From the IMG/VR virus record IMGVR_UViG_3300036806_000217, positions 1-64,000 of that record: a stretch of 64,000 nucleotides of DNA; one strand, given 5' to 3'. Shown here one piece after another: positions 27,688-37,014 of this stretch. Made by a program: the position numbers and the translations under genes. This DNA comes from a virus. Each line of letters opens with the position of its first letter. The first letter of the stretch is position 1. The notes under the pieces are model-generated. The model worked only from the letters and a program-made list of their open reading frames with translations. It was not told the origin of the DNA and did no database searches.

Positions 27688-27709
27688 GACTCGCATGGTC
27701 TCACGGGCG

Positions 27710-27812
27710 AGTGCCAACTGACTAGGCAATCCCGCTCCATGATTTATTGCCAACTATGTTGCGATCATGGGCGGCGTCACCCCATACTGAAAGTGCAAAG
27801 AAAGTTGGCACT
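27710..27812. promoter_or_regulatory. Three imperfect palindromic operator-like sites
   Basis: AGTGCCAACTGACTAGGCAAT, ATTGCCAACTATGTTGCGAT, AGTGCAAAGAAAGTTGGCACT in an AT-rich divergent gap. Confidence 0.6.
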
Positions 27813-27834
27813 AAGTCAGCAGGGGGAAACCACC

Positions 27835-28245
27835 GTGAACGCCACCGCCCGCCGCTCCGTCACCCGCCGGATCGCCACCACCCTCACCGCCGTCCTCGCC
27901 CTCCCGAAGACGGCGCTCTTCCGCCTCCTCAACGGCGCCGAGATCCAGCGCATGCTCGACCAGGGCGACCTGATCACGGTGAACACGGTCCTGGACGGTC
28001 TCGGCGTCGGCGTCGACTTCAAGGACGGCTACCGCTCCTGGACCGGACGCCACATCGCCCAGGCGTACCGGGTCGCCAACCAGCGCCAGCCCCTCAAGGC
28101 GTGGGTGCAGCACCGCACCACCGGCCGGTGGATCTTCGTCTACTGCTACACCCCCGGCGACGAATCGATCACCGCCGGACTGCGGATGTACTCGCGGACC
28201 GCGCACCTCGTACCGGTCAGCGCCACCTTCTCGGAGGCCGCCTAG
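27835..28245 (+). CDS. Hypothetical protein
   Basis: Purine-rich RBS, GTG start, GC3 bias. Confidence 0.65.
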   Translation: MNATARRSVTRRIATTLTAVLALPKTALFRLLNGAEIQRMLDQGDLITVNTVLDGLGVGVDFKDGYRSWTGRHIAQAYRVANQRQPLKAWVQHRTTGRWIFVYCYTPGDESITAGLRMYSRTAHLVPVSATFSEAA

Positions 28246-28273
28246 GACCGACTTCGCCGCCACCACCGCCACC

Positions 28274-28558
28274 GTGATCCTCGACGCCGCACCCCTGGTC
28301 GCCTCCGCAGTCGCGGACCTGCCCCACCCGGCCCTGGCCCGCTTCACCTACGCCCCCGACGGGGTCCGCCTGACCGTCGCCGACACCACCGCCCCCGAAC
28401 GCGACCTGATCTTCACGCGGGTGTGCTGCGCGTTCGACGCCGCCGACTGGGACATCAGCGCCCGCCTCGCCGACGGCATCCGCGTCGGCGTCACCTTCCA
28501 CCCGCCGTGGACCCGCACCCTCACCGGCGCACCCGACCTGCCGTTCCCGCCCCGCTGA
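28274..28558 (+). CDS. Hypothetical protein
   Basis: 94-aa ORF ending TLTGAPDLPFPPR. Confidence 0.6.
   Translation: MILDAAPLVASAVADLPHPALARFTYAPDGVRLTVADTTAPERDLIFTRVCCAFDAADWDISARLADGIRVGVTFHPPWTRTLTGAPDLPFPPR
28515..28539 (+). repeat. 25-bp perfect direct repeat, copy 2
   Basis: Identical to 26068-26092. Confidence 0.85.
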
Positions 28559-28574
28559 CCAAGGAGTCACCGCC

Positions 28575-29141
28575 ATGGACAAGATGACCCGCCGCACCCT
28601 CGCCCTGTGGCCCGACGCCCCGACCACACCCCTCGACGCCCTGCGCCACACGATCGCGATCGGCCACGACATCGCCGACGCCGACATGGCCGTCATGGTC
28701 ACCAGCGGCGTGTACGGCCCCGGCGTCCGGACCGGCCTCACGTGGGGCGACCTGCGGGCACTCGCCAGCCTGATCGACACCGAGGAACAGCCCCACAGCC
28801 CGGAGCCCGAACCGCCCGCCACCCCCGCCACCCCCGCCACGGTCCGGTTCCACAACGGCACCACCGCCGTCCTCGACGGCTGGTCCCTCACCGAGTTCGG
28901 CGCCACCTACTACGGCGACGTCTACACCCAGTTCTCCGGCTGGATCGACCGGAAGGACCCGGAGACCCCGGTGGTCGGCGCCGCGCAGATCCTGCACGCC
29001 GACCTCCCGGGCCGTGACCCGATCGTCGAGCAGGACGTGAACGTGGAGGTCACCGGCTACGGCGGGCCGCGCAAGTACATGAAGCTGCGCTGGCGTTCGG
29101 GCTACGACCGTGCCGCCGACCAGCGCATCAACCCCGCCTAG
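28575..29141 (+). CDS. Hypothetical protein
   Basis: AAGGAG RBS; two domains joined by a PAT linker. Confidence 0.7.
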   Translation: MDKMTRRTLALWPDAPTTPLDALRHTIAIGHDIADADMAVMVTSGVYGPGVRTGLTWGDLRALASLIDTEEQPHSPEPEPPATPATPATVRFHNGTTAVLDGWSLTEFGATYYGDVYTQFSGWIDRKDPETPVVGAAQILHADLPGRDPIVEQDVNVEVTGYGGPRKYMKLRWRSGYDRAADQRINPA

Positions 29142-29181
29142 CCCCCGCCGTCACCCGCCCCACCACCGCCAGGAGCCCGCC

Positions 29182-29592
29182 ATGCCGAAGCCCGAACTCG
29201 GACCCGTCGCCGTAGGTGACCACCTGCTCGTCCTGCCCCGCAGCTACGGACGCGGGACGCGCCCCGCACCGATCGACGCCGTAGTCACCACGGTCGGCCG
29301 GGTCTGGATCGACCTGGAGAGCACCGCAGCCCGGCCCGTCAATGCGTGCCCCCAAACCTGGCGGATGCGCCTCGACACCCAGTCCGACGCCGGGCCCAAG
29401 GCGCAGCAGCAGTACGCCACCACCTATGTGACCGCCGAGCAGTACGCCTGGAGACAGCGCAACGCGGCGGTTGAGGAGTACCTGCGGGAGGTCAAGGTGC
29501 GCCTGGACTACGAGTCGCCCTGGAACGAGCCGGAGCGCCGCATCGTCCTCGCCAACCTCCTTCGCGCCCACGACGGGCTCGACCCGCTCTGA
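29182..29592 (+). CDS. Hypothetical beta-barrel-like phage protein
   Basis: AGGAG RBS; VAVGD...VTTVGRVW pattern. Confidence 0.7.
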   Translation: MPKPELGPVAVGDHLLVLPRSYGRGTRPAPIDAVVTTVGRVWIDLESTAARPVNACPQTWRMRLDTQSDAGPKAQQQYATTYVTAEQYAWRQRNAAVEEYLREVKVRLDYESPWNEPERRIVLANLLRAHDGLDPL

Positions 29593-29638
29593 CCCGCTCC
29601 TCCCCCACGCCCCGCCCCGCGACCGAAAGGCCAACACG

Positions 29639-30148
29639 ATGACCGCGCCCCTGACCGACCAGCAACTCGCCGAGATCACGGCCCGGCACGAGTACGGCGA
29701 TGAGGAGTTCATCCGCCACTGCGAAACCGACATGGCCGCAGTGCTCGCCGAAGTCGCCCGCCTCCGCGCCGACCTGACCCAAGCCCGCGCGGCAGCCCCG
29801 CTGCTGGTCGACCGCGAGGACCTGACCGAGCTGGCCGCGATCCTCGACGCCGAGCGCTACCGCCTAGACAAGGGCGACGGGAGTCCCGTGCCGCAGCCGC
29901 GCTGGGGTGCGAATGTCCGCGTCTCGCAGGCCGTCCAGGCGGCGCTTGCGGGCGAGGACCCGCCGCGCCCGAGCCCGGAGCACTCCGCGGTGTACATGGA
30001 CGGCGACCGGCAGGTGTGGTCCGAGTACAAGACCGTGCCCGAGAGCGATGCCGTGCTGTCGCTGGTGTGGGCCGCCGAGAAGACCAGCTCCCGCGCTGCC
30101 CTCGCCGATGAGGGCGTCGACCTGCGCGTCGTCGGGTGGATCCGCTAA
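29639..30148 (+). CDS. Hypothetical protein
   Basis: LTDQQLAEITAR...DMAAVLAEVARLR N-terminus common in actinophage early genes. Confidence 0.7.
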   Translation: MTAPLTDQQLAEITARHEYGDEEFIRHCETDMAAVLAEVARLRADLTQARAAAPLLVDREDLTELAAILDAERYRLDKGDGSPVPQPRWGANVRVSQAVQAALAGEDPPRPSPEHSAVYMDGDRQVWSEYKTVPESDAVLSLVWAAEKTSSRAALADEGVDLRVVGWIR

Positions 30149-30203
30149 CCCCGCCTGCCCGTCGCTGTGGCACCCGCGGCGGCAACCAACGAAAGGACTG
30201 GTC

Positions 30204-30404
30204 GTGACCGCCGAGAAGCTCCACCGCCTCCGCTGCGACGCCAAGCGCGACGGGCGCAACAACCCGCCCTGCGGAACACCGTCCGAGACCTCCGGCGGCT
30301 TCATCTTTCTGCCCGACTTCCGCGCCCACCTCAAGACGCAGGGCTGGCACCGCAGCGGCAGCAAGGACATCTGCCCCGACTGCTGGACCGACGGCTACCG
30401 CTAA
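30204..30404 (+). CDS. Small Zn-finger protein
   Basis: CD...CG...GW....DICPDC. Confidence 0.65.
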   Translation: MTAEKLHRLRCDAKRDGRNNPPCGTPSETSGGFIFLPDFRAHLKTQGWHRSGSKDICPDCWTDGYR

Positions 30405-30457
30405 CCCCCCGCCCCGTCTTCGCGTCTTCGGGCGCACCCCAACCCAGGAGCAGCACG

Positions 30458-32209
30458 ATGAGCAAGTCCGCGACCCGCAGCCGCACCGCCACGCACAGGC
30501 CGGCCACCAAGCGCCGCCGGTTCCGCCACGACGAGCTCGTCGCAGTCGACCTCTTCAGCGGCTTCGGCGGACTGACCAAGGGCATCGAGATCGCCGGATT
30601 CAACACGATCATGGCCGCGAACCACAACGCCTACAAAGTCGAGGTCCACGAGGCCAACCACCCCAACGCCGAGCACTGGATCGCAGACCTGGTCGACCCC
30701 GAAGCTGCCGACTACCACTCGGCGCGCGACCTTCCCGCAGCCGATCTCCTCGTCGCCGGGGTGTCCTGCGTCAACCACTCGAAAGCGAACACGCTCAAGG
30801 CCTACGCGCAGGGCCTGACGCTGTTCGAGCTTGAGGACCCCGAGTTCGACGCGCGGGTCACCCGGTCCGAACGGGACCGGGCAACCGCGAACTGCGTCCT
30901 GCACTACGCCGCCCAGCACCACCCGCGGCTGATCCTCATCGAGTGCACCACCGAGCTCACCTCATGGGGGCCCGCACTGCCGTCACGCCCGAAGGTCGGC
31001 GACGGCAGCACGTACCGGTGGTGGCTCAAGCAGTTCGACGTGATCGGCTACGACCACAAGGTGCTCTACCTGAACTCGATGTTCTTCGGCGTGCCGCAGT
31101 CGAGGAACCGCGCCTACTGGGCGTTCTGGGACAGGACCCTGGGCGCCCCCGACCTCGACCACAGGCCGGCGACGCACTGCCCCAGTTGCGACATGGACGT
31201 GGAGGCGGTGTGGTCCTGGCGGACCGGCGTCCCGCCGACTGGAACGGTGAGCTACGGCCTGCAGTACGACTACCGCTGCCCACGCTGCCGCCGCGAGGTC
31301 GTGCCGCCGATGACGCCGTCGCTGGTCGCTCTCGACCTGGCCAACCTGGGCACCCGCATCGGCGACAAGCCCGTCAAGACGTTCAAGGACGGATGGGTCG
31401 GACCGCTCGCCCGCACGACGATGGCACGCGCCGAACGGTGCCGGCAGAAGTTCGCCGACTTCCCGGCCGTGCTGATGCCGGCCAAGGCCGTGCACGGCTC
31501 GGAGCGGCACCCGTGGCAGCCTCTGTCGACGCAGACCAGCCAGCAGGAGACCGCCCTGATCTCTACTGGCTCGGTCGTTGCCGCGCACCGGCACAACGGC
31601 GACGGGCAGCACTTCACCCTGCCGATGGACACCGTCACGACAACGCAGGAGAAGGCCCTGCTGCTCGCCGTCGACAACTTCCAGGGCGCACCGCGGGGCG
31701 TCCATGACCCGCTGCCGACGCAGGTCGGTTCCGAGACGATGGCGATGCTGTCCACCGGCGTACTGCCGTTCCGCAAGCACACCACGCCGACGACGCACGG
31801 CGAGGCGATGCCGACGGTCACATCGGACCAGATCCCCGGGGTGCTGACCGCGGCCGGCGCAGTACACGCCGGCTGGTACAAGCAGAACGGCTCGGTCGGC
31901 AACGAGACCGCGCCGCACCCCATGACCGACCCGTTCGGCACCATCACTGCCCACGACACGACCGGGCTGCTCATGGCCGAGTGGCGTGCGCAGTTGTCCG
32001 ACCTGCCGTTGGAGGACTGCTACTTCCGCATGATGCGCGAGTACGAGATCGGTCGTGGCTGCGGCTTCGACGTCGACTTCCCCGACCACAAGGGCACCTT
32101 CATCGTCTGGGGGAGCGCTCGCGACCAGGTCGACGGCTACGGGAACGCCGTGTCCCCGCCGGTCGGCGCGTGGATCGGGGCTCGGCTGCGCGCCGTCCTT
32201 CATGCCTGA
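30458..32209 (+). CDS. DNA (cytosine-5) methyltransferase with variant motifs
   Basis: Motif I DLFSGFGG, IV GVSCVNHS, VI IECT, VIII GVPQSRNR, X GNAVSPP; internal CxxC pairs. Confidence 0.88.
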   Translation: MSKSATRSRTATHRPATKRRRFRHDELVAVDLFSGFGGLTKGIEIAGFNTIMAANHNAYKVEVHEANHPNAEHWIADLVDPEAADYHSARDLPAADLLVAGVSCVNHSKANTLKAYAQGLTLFELEDPEFDARVTRSERDRATANCVLHYAAQHHPRLILIECTTELTSWGPALPSRPKVGDGSTYRWWLKQFDVIGYDHKVLYLNSMFFGVPQSRNRAYWAFWDRTLGAPDLDHRPATHCPSCDMDVEAVWSWRTGVPPTGTVSYGLQYDYRCPRCRREVVPPMTPSLVALDLANLGTRIGDKPVKTFKDGWVGPLARTTMARAERCRQKFADFPAVLMPAKAVHGSERHPWQPLSTQTSQQETALISTGSVVAAHRHNGDGQHFTLPMDTVTTTQEKALLLAVDNFQGAPRGVHDPLPTQVGSETMAMLSTGVLPFRKHTTPTTHGEAMPTVTSDQIPGVLTAAGAVHAGWYKQNGSVGNETAPHPMTDPFGTITAHDTTGLLMAEWRAQLSDLPLEDCYFRMMREYEIGRGCGFDVDFPDHKGTFIVWGSARDQVDGYGNAVSPPVGAWIGARLRAVLHA

Positions 32210-32263
32210 CCTCCGCCCCAACCCCGGTCGTGCCCGGCCGGGAGCAGCCCACCAAGGAGACCC

Positions 32264-32527
32264 ATGTCTGCTCGAAGTGATGTCGCCCGGATGATGACCA
32301 ACGGCCTCGGTGTCATGAGTGACGCCGAGGAGGCCACGCTGCTCGACGCGTTCGCCGCCGAGGTGCGTGCCGCCGCGCTCACTGGGGCCGCCGAGGAGGT
32401 TCGCCGCCGGGCGTCGGCATTGCAGGGCACCACGGCGCAGGTCACCGCCGAGGCCATCGCGTGCCTTCTCGCCGACATGGCCACCGAGGCCGCACCGATC
32501 ACCGCCGCCGCACCCTCCGCCCTGTGA
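32264..32527 (+). CDS. Hypothetical protein
   Basis: AAGGAG RBS. Confidence 0.65.
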   Translation: MSARSDVARMMTNGLGVMSDAEEATLLDAFAAEVRAAALTGAAEEVRRRASALQGTTAQVTAEAIACLLADMATEAAPITAAAPSAL

Positions 32528-32574
32528 CCTCCGCCTGCCGGGGCCGATCGGCCCCAACCCACCGAAGGAGCCTG

Positions 32575-32757
32575 ATGCACGTCCGCGTGAACACCTACCC
32601 GAAGAAGTCGATCACGTTCACCAGTACTCAGGGCGTCGTCGTCACCATGCCGGTCGACGTGGAATGCACGGACCCGACGGAGGTCGAGTTCGACCTCCCC
32701 GCGCTGGCGTCGATCAGCATCGTCGGCGAGATCACCAGCGTCACCGGAGGCGAGTGA
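32575..32757 (+). CDS. Hypothetical protein
   Basis: AAGGAG RBS. Confidence 0.65.
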   Translation: MHVRVNTYPKKSITFTSTQGVVVTMPVDVECTDPTEVEFDLPALASISIVGEITSVTGGE

Positions 32758-33206
32758 TGACCAGCCCTGTCCGCACCAGCACCCCCGACCGGATCAACCC
32801 GGACGGCTCGACCACGATCGTCATGAAGCGGGCCTGCAACGGCTGCGGCGAGCGCCTCGGCGACGTCACCGAAGCCGAGATGTTCGCCGGGATGAACGGC
32901 ATCCCGCTGCCCGACGTGCGCCCCGAATGCCCCAACTGCCGTGCCGAGCACCCCGTTGCCGCATGCCGTCCGATGCGGATCTTCGCTGGCCCCGCCGAGT
33001 GCCTCAACGAGGAGTGCGAGGAGTACGCCACCGAAGAAGGCGACGACTCGGGCATCGACAGCTGCTCCCACATCCGCGAGGAGATCTGCTGCGCCGAGCA
33101 CTCGACGATCCACGAGGACGACGTGGACCCGGCCGAACCGTGGCCCTGCCAGTACGACACCGGCCGCGCCGCCGCTGCCCCGGTGGCGGAGGGCGGCCAG
33201 CGGTGA
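32757..33206 (+). CDS. Cys-rich hypothetical protein
   Basis: TGATG overlap; CNGC, CPNC, WPC motifs. Confidence 0.65.
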   Translation: MTSPVRTSTPDRINPDGSTTIVMKRACNGCGERLGDVTEAEMFAGMNGIPLPDVRPECPNCRAEHPVAACRPMRIFAGPAECLNEECEEYATEEGDDSGIDSCSHIREEICCAEHSTIHEDDVDPAEPWPCQYDTGRAAAAPVAEGGQR

Positions 33207-33295
33207 GCGCCCCAGCATCCCGCATTTTTGCGGGTTACTCGGGCCGCCCCACAGTTCGGCCCCACCCTGCTGCCAACCCACCTTGGAGGATCCCG

Positions 33296-33763
33296 ATGAT
33301 CAGCCCCGCCGCACGATTCGCTGCCGCCTACGCCGCCCTGACCGCCAGCCACGAGGTCGCCGATCATTGGGTCCAGGTCGACTCCTGTGCCGTCGCCAAG
33401 GGCACGCCGGGCCCGACCGGGGCGAAGGCCTGCGCGACCCACGTCGCGACCTACACCGCCACCCAGGCCGTCGCGCTGCTCGTCGCTGACCGGCTGCTCG
33501 GCCTCGGCCTGACCCCGCGCCGTACCGCCGCAGCCCTGGCGATCTCCGCCGTGACGCACTACGTCGCCGACCGTCAGGCTGGGCACTGGCGCGACGACCA
33601 CCCGCGCGGTGTCGCGTGGCTCGCCGCCGTGACCGGACATCGGGGCTGGCTGGAGCGCGACCCCGGCTCCCCGTACCTGATGGATCAGGCTTGGCACAAG
33701 GGCTGGATCGCCGTGGCCGCCCTTGCTGCTGCTGTGCCGGTGCCCGGGGACGGCGCGAGGTGA
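33296..33763 (+). CDS. DUF3307-like membrane protein
   Basis: SHEVADHWVQ, THVATY, THYVADR, DQAWH His/Asp motifs. Confidence 0.75.
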   Translation: MISPAARFAAAYAALTASHEVADHWVQVDSCAVAKGTPGPTGAKACATHVATYTATQAVALLVADRLLGLGLTPRRTAAALAISAVTHYVADRQAGHWRDDHPRGVAWLAAVTGHRGWLERDPGSPYLMDQAWHKGWIAVAALAAAVPVPGDGAR

Positions 33764-33975
33764 GCGCCCGGATCTGTCGGCATCCGCTGCGGATCGTCCC
33801 GCACCTGCCGCAGTGGCTCACCTGCGACCTCTGCTGCGCCGACTTCCTGCACCGGGAGGACTGCCCCGGCATCGGTAGTCCGGTGTGCGCGCAGCGGTGC
33901 ATGGGCGGGGCGACCGTCGACCCGCTGCTCCTGATGTGGATCCAGCCCGCCTGCGAGAGGACCGACCATGCCTGA
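33760..33975 (+). CDS. Small Cys-rich protein
   Basis: GTGA overlap. Confidence 0.5.
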   Translation: MSARICRHPLRIVPHLPQWLTCDLCCADFLHREDCPGIGSPVCAQRCMGGATVDPLLLMWIQPACERTDHA

Positions 33976-34171
33976 CCTTCCCCCCACCGACGAGCAGGTC
34001 CTCACCGCCGCCGCCAGCGGATACAACGCGCACACCATCGCCCGACTCCTCGGCGTCGAGGACACGGCCGTTCGCCGCACCATCGCCCGGATCCGGCGCC
34101 GCCTCGGGGCGACCAGCCTCGACCACGCCGTACAGATTCACCAGACCAGCAAGGAGCAGCCCGATGCCTGA
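33968..34171 (+). CDS. LuxR-type HTH protein
   Basis: VLTAAASGYNAHTIARLLGVEDTAVR...IRRRLGA. Confidence 0.75.
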   Translation: MPDLPPTDEQVLTAAASGYNAHTIARLLGVEDTAVRRTIARIRRRLGATSLDHAVQIHQTSKEQPDA

Positions 34172-34505
34172 CCTCACGCCCGCCGACGAACTGAGGGCCG
34201 CAGCCGAGCGCTTGCGCCGCCTCGGGAACGCCGCCCTGATGGACGTCCTCACCAACAGCTTCTGGCACTCCGAGATCGTCCCCGCCGAGGACTCTGACGG
34301 CCGCTACGCCCACGGGATGCGCAGCGGGATGGGCGGTGAGGCCGGAGACCTGGGCGCGGTGTTTACGCCGGGCATGGTGACGCTGCTCGCGGAGTGGCTG
34401 GACACGGCCGCCGACTACGCCGAGCCGGGCGTCCACTTCCCCACGCACATCGGCCGCGCCTACGCCGTTGCGCGGGCCGTCAACACCCCGACCGAGGAGA
34501 CCTGA
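34164..34505 (+). CDS. Hypothetical protein
   Basis: AAGGAG RBS; TPADELRAAAERLR...LAEWLD. Confidence 0.7.
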   Translation: MPDLTPADELRAAAERLRRLGNAALMDVLTNSFWHSEIVPAEDSDGRYAHGMRSGMGGEAGDLGAVFTPGMVTLLAEWLDTAADYAEPGVHFPTHIGRAYAVARAVNTPTEET

Positions 34506-34906
34506 TGGCCACCACCCTGCGCGACGAGATCAAGGCCGCCCTGTCCGAGGCGGGCGCGTTCTGCGGCGAGTGCGGATTCGAGCCCGGCGACACTGGCTGC
34601 CCCGACTGCCAGCGCTGCCACGACATGTACGCCACCGCCGTGCTCGCCGTGGTGCACCCGCTGCTCGACGCCCAGCGGGCCGAGGTCGACGCGGCCCACG
34701 CCCGCTGCGCCGACTGGGAGCAGGCCCACCGCAAGCTCGTGGCCCGCTGCGGGCAGCTGCGGTTCGCCATCCGGGTGGCCTCGGCCGCGCTGCGCGCCAC
34801 CGCCGACCGGCTCGACGACGGGGCCGTCGAACCCATCCAGGCCGAGACGCTGCGTCGCACCGCAGTGGACCTCGACGCCATGGCTGACACGAAGGAGCCA
34901 TCATGA
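34505..34906 (+). CDS. Hypothetical protein with Cys cluster
   Basis: TGATG overlap; CGEC...CPDCQRC. Confidence 0.7.
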   Translation: MATTLRDEIKAALSEAGAFCGECGFEPGDTGCPDCQRCHDMYATAVLAVVHPLLDAQRAEVDAAHARCADWEQAHRKLVARCGQLRFAIRVASAALRATADRLDDGAVEPIQAETLRRTAVDLDAMADTKEPS

Positions 34907-35091
34907 TCGTCGCGACGTACACCGTGATCTGCACCGGCTGCGGGGCCCAAGGCCCGTCGAGCAGCACCTCGCCCGGCCGCGCCCGCGACGAGGCGAAGCG
35001 CGACGGCTGGACGCTGACACCCAACCCCGAACCGGGCCAGCGCGAACCTGTCGACCTGTGCTCGAACTGCGCCACCACGAAGGAGACCTGA
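34903..35091 (+). CDS. Small Zn-finger protein
   Basis: CTGC...GW...DLCSNC, similar to 30204-30404. Confidence 0.65.
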   Translation: MIVATYTVICTGCGAQGPSSSTSPGRARDEAKRDGWTLTPNPEPGQREPVDLCSNCATTKET

Positions 35092-35092
35092 G

Positions 35093-35359
35093 ATGCCCGG
35101 CGACCCGGCGTCCGACCTGCGCGACGCCCTACTGGCCAACAGTGAGGCTGCTACTGAGCGGGCCCGGATGGTGCGGGCCCACCTCGCCGACCGGGAACGC
35201 ATGGTGTTCGCGCACCGGCGCCTGGCCGCCGTCATCACTGCCGCCCGCCGGCTGGCGCTCGCCTCGGACGGTGAGCCGTGGGCTGCGGACCTGCTGCGGG
35301 TCCTTGGGGACGCGGGGGTGTGCACGATCAGCGCGGAGGACAAGCGGGAGCAGCGGTGA
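35093..35359 (+). CDS. Hypothetical protein, last gene of the rightward operon
   Basis: AAGGAG RBS. Confidence 0.6.
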   Translation: MPGDPASDLRDALLANSEAATERARMVRAHLADRERMVFAHRRLAAVITAARRLALASDGEPWAADLLRVLGDAGVCTISAEDKREQR

Positions 35360-35364
35360 ACCGT

Positions 35365-35404
35365 CGAAGGCGGCCAGCCCCATTCCTCGGGCTGGCCGCC
35401 TTCG
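35365..35404. terminator. Hairpin between convergent operons
   Basis: CGAAGGCGGCCAGCCC-cattcctc-GGGCTGGCCGCCTTCG. Confidence 0.75.
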
Positions 35405-35475
35405 TCGCGCCGTGTTCCCGGTCGCCCGCGAGCGGCCTGGTGCGCTGACACCGACGCTACGGCGAGGCACTGACA

Positions 35476-35865
35476 TCACAGGCGCCGGATGCCCTGCGCC
35501 CCCATCGCGGTCAGCGCGGACTCGACCTCGGTCAACTGCTCGCGCAGGTCCATCAGCCGCTGCGCCTCCACGGCGTGGGCGTCCAGGAGGGGCCGCAGGT
35601 CGTCGCCGAGGATGCCCGCGAAATGCCGGTTGGCCTCGCGGTGGCTCTCCCGCAGGCTCTCGACGAGCCGGTCGACGGCGAACATCGACTGGGTGACCAG
35701 TTCCCACGGCCGCCGGCGCAGGGCCTCGACACGCCACTCCTCGGACGGGAGGATCTCGCGGATCCAGGCGATGACACGGACGGGCAGGTCGGGATCATGT
35801 GGTGGCGGGAGTTGCCGGGGCCAGGTGTGCGGGGGTATCCCAGGGCGAGGGCGACGTTCGGGGAT
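35476..35865 (-). CDS. Hypothetical protein lacking a canonical start (ATC start or pseudogene)
   Basis: Protein-like frame (WPRQLPPPHDPDL..RVIAWIREILP) extends 60 codons upstream of the first ATG at 35685. Confidence 0.5.
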   Translation of the reverse strand: MPERRPRPGIPPHTWPRQLPPPHDPDLPVRVIAWIREILPSEEWRVEALRRRPWELVTQSMFAVDRLVESLRESHREANRHFAGILGDDLRPLLDAHAVEAQRLMDLREQLTEVESALTAMGAQGIRRL

Positions 35866-35916
35866 GCGTTCGATTGTGCATGCGCGGGGGCAGGCGGGCC
35901 AGTGGTGCGAGGCAGG

Positions 35917-36111
35917 TCACAGCCCCGGCAGGGCGTCCTGCTCGACGTCGTGCCGCCGCTCCCGGAAGTCCACATCACGGCAGCACGGGCCCATCCGCAG
36001 CATGCGCGACAGGCCGTCCGTGAGCAGCCGGCCACCGCAGCGGCCCTCGCAGTGCACAGCAGGACGCCCCCCGGATGGCGGTGCACCGGGGAGTGTCGCG
36101 GGCGCGGTCAT
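35917..36111 (-). CDS. Small Cys protein (DUF6011-like)
   Basis: C...C..RLLTD..SR....GPCC. Confidence 0.6.
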   Translation of the reverse strand: MTAPATLPGAPPSGGRPAVHCEGRCGGRLLTDGLSRMLRMGPCCRDVDFRERRHDVEQDALPGL

Positions 36112-36455
36112 GCATCTTCCGGTTCCGGGCGGCCGTGCCCGTCGATCTCCCCGCCGGGTGGCGGAAGCTCAGGTGGTGCAGTCGCCTGCGCGGCGATTCG
36201 CTCGGCCTCCAGGACGGCCCATGAGCGGCCGTGCTCGTCCCAGAGTGCATCCCAGGCCCGCCCGGCATGGCCGAGCAGACGGCTGCAGACGAGGATTGCC
36301 GCGGCGGCGAGGGCGAGGAACACGCCCAGGTAGATCGCCGTGGCGTGGCTGGGGTTGATCCAGGTGGCGAACCCGGCTGTGATCATGGCCACGCTCGTTG
36401 CGACGCCCGCAGAGAGCACGTTGATCATCCACATCGCATGGGACCGGGACGTCAC
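36108..36455 (-). CDS. Membrane protein (2 TM)
   Basis: Two hydrophobic segments; stop/start overlaps. Confidence 0.6.
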   Translation of the reverse strand: MTSRSHAMWMINVLSAGVATSVAMITAGFATWINPSHATAIYLGVFLALAAAAILVCSRLLGHAGRAWDALWDEHGRSWAVLEAERIAAQATAPPELPPPGGEIDGHGRPEPEDA

Positions 36456-37012
36456 GGCTCCCCCGCAATGTCCGCCGCCCCGCCGCTGGTCACGGCTTTG
36501 TCCGGCGTTGTCCGGGACGCCGTTGCCTGGGCAGGCAATGGCGTGGCCTTGTCCAGCACGGGAGGCTCGTGCCGACAGACCGGGCAGGCGCAGACCTCGT
36601 CCGGCCCGTACTTACACGTCACGCGGCACTGGCCGTGCAGGCCATGCTGACAGGCTGTACTCAGGTAGAAGTGCGCCCCGTCGGCCGCTTCCCGGTATGC
36701 GTCGATGGCCGCTCCCAACTGCTCGGCCGCGTCGTGCACCCCGGCCTGTGACAGCTGGCTGGCGATGGCCTGTACAGCCTCAACGAGGACATCGGTGCGG
36801 CAGTAGTCGGCGTAGGAGCGCGTCAGCAGACTGGAGCAATTCAGGCAGCTTGTTTCCCACGTGATCGCCTGGTTCAGCTCGGCGAGTTGTCGGCGCAGTT
36901 GGTCGCGCTCGCGGAGCAGCCCGTCCACGGCGGTCACCGCGTCGGCGAGCGGGACGGTGTTGTACTCCGGGTGCAGGTTGCGGCGCAGCACCTCGCGCAG
37001 GTCCTCGGTCAC
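36452..37012 (-). CDS. Hypothetical protein with Cys/His-rich C-terminus
   Basis: YLSTACQHGLH..C...CKY....CAC..C.H. Confidence 0.65.
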   Translation of the reverse strand: MTEDLREVLRRNLHPEYNTVPLADAVTAVDGLLRERDQLRRQLAELNQAITWETSCLNCSSLLTRSYADYCRTDVLVEAVQAIASQLSQAGVHDAAEQLGAAIDAYREAADGAHFYLSTACQHGLHGQCRVTCKYGPDEVCACPVCRHEPPVLDKATPLPAQATASRTTPDKAVTSGGAADIAGEP

Positions 37013-37014
37013 CG

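Noticed and set aside
27379-27834. GTG-initiated extension of the 27835 gene
   Set aside because: It overlaps the reverse HTH gene and the AT-rich operator gap, and its composition is not protein-like.
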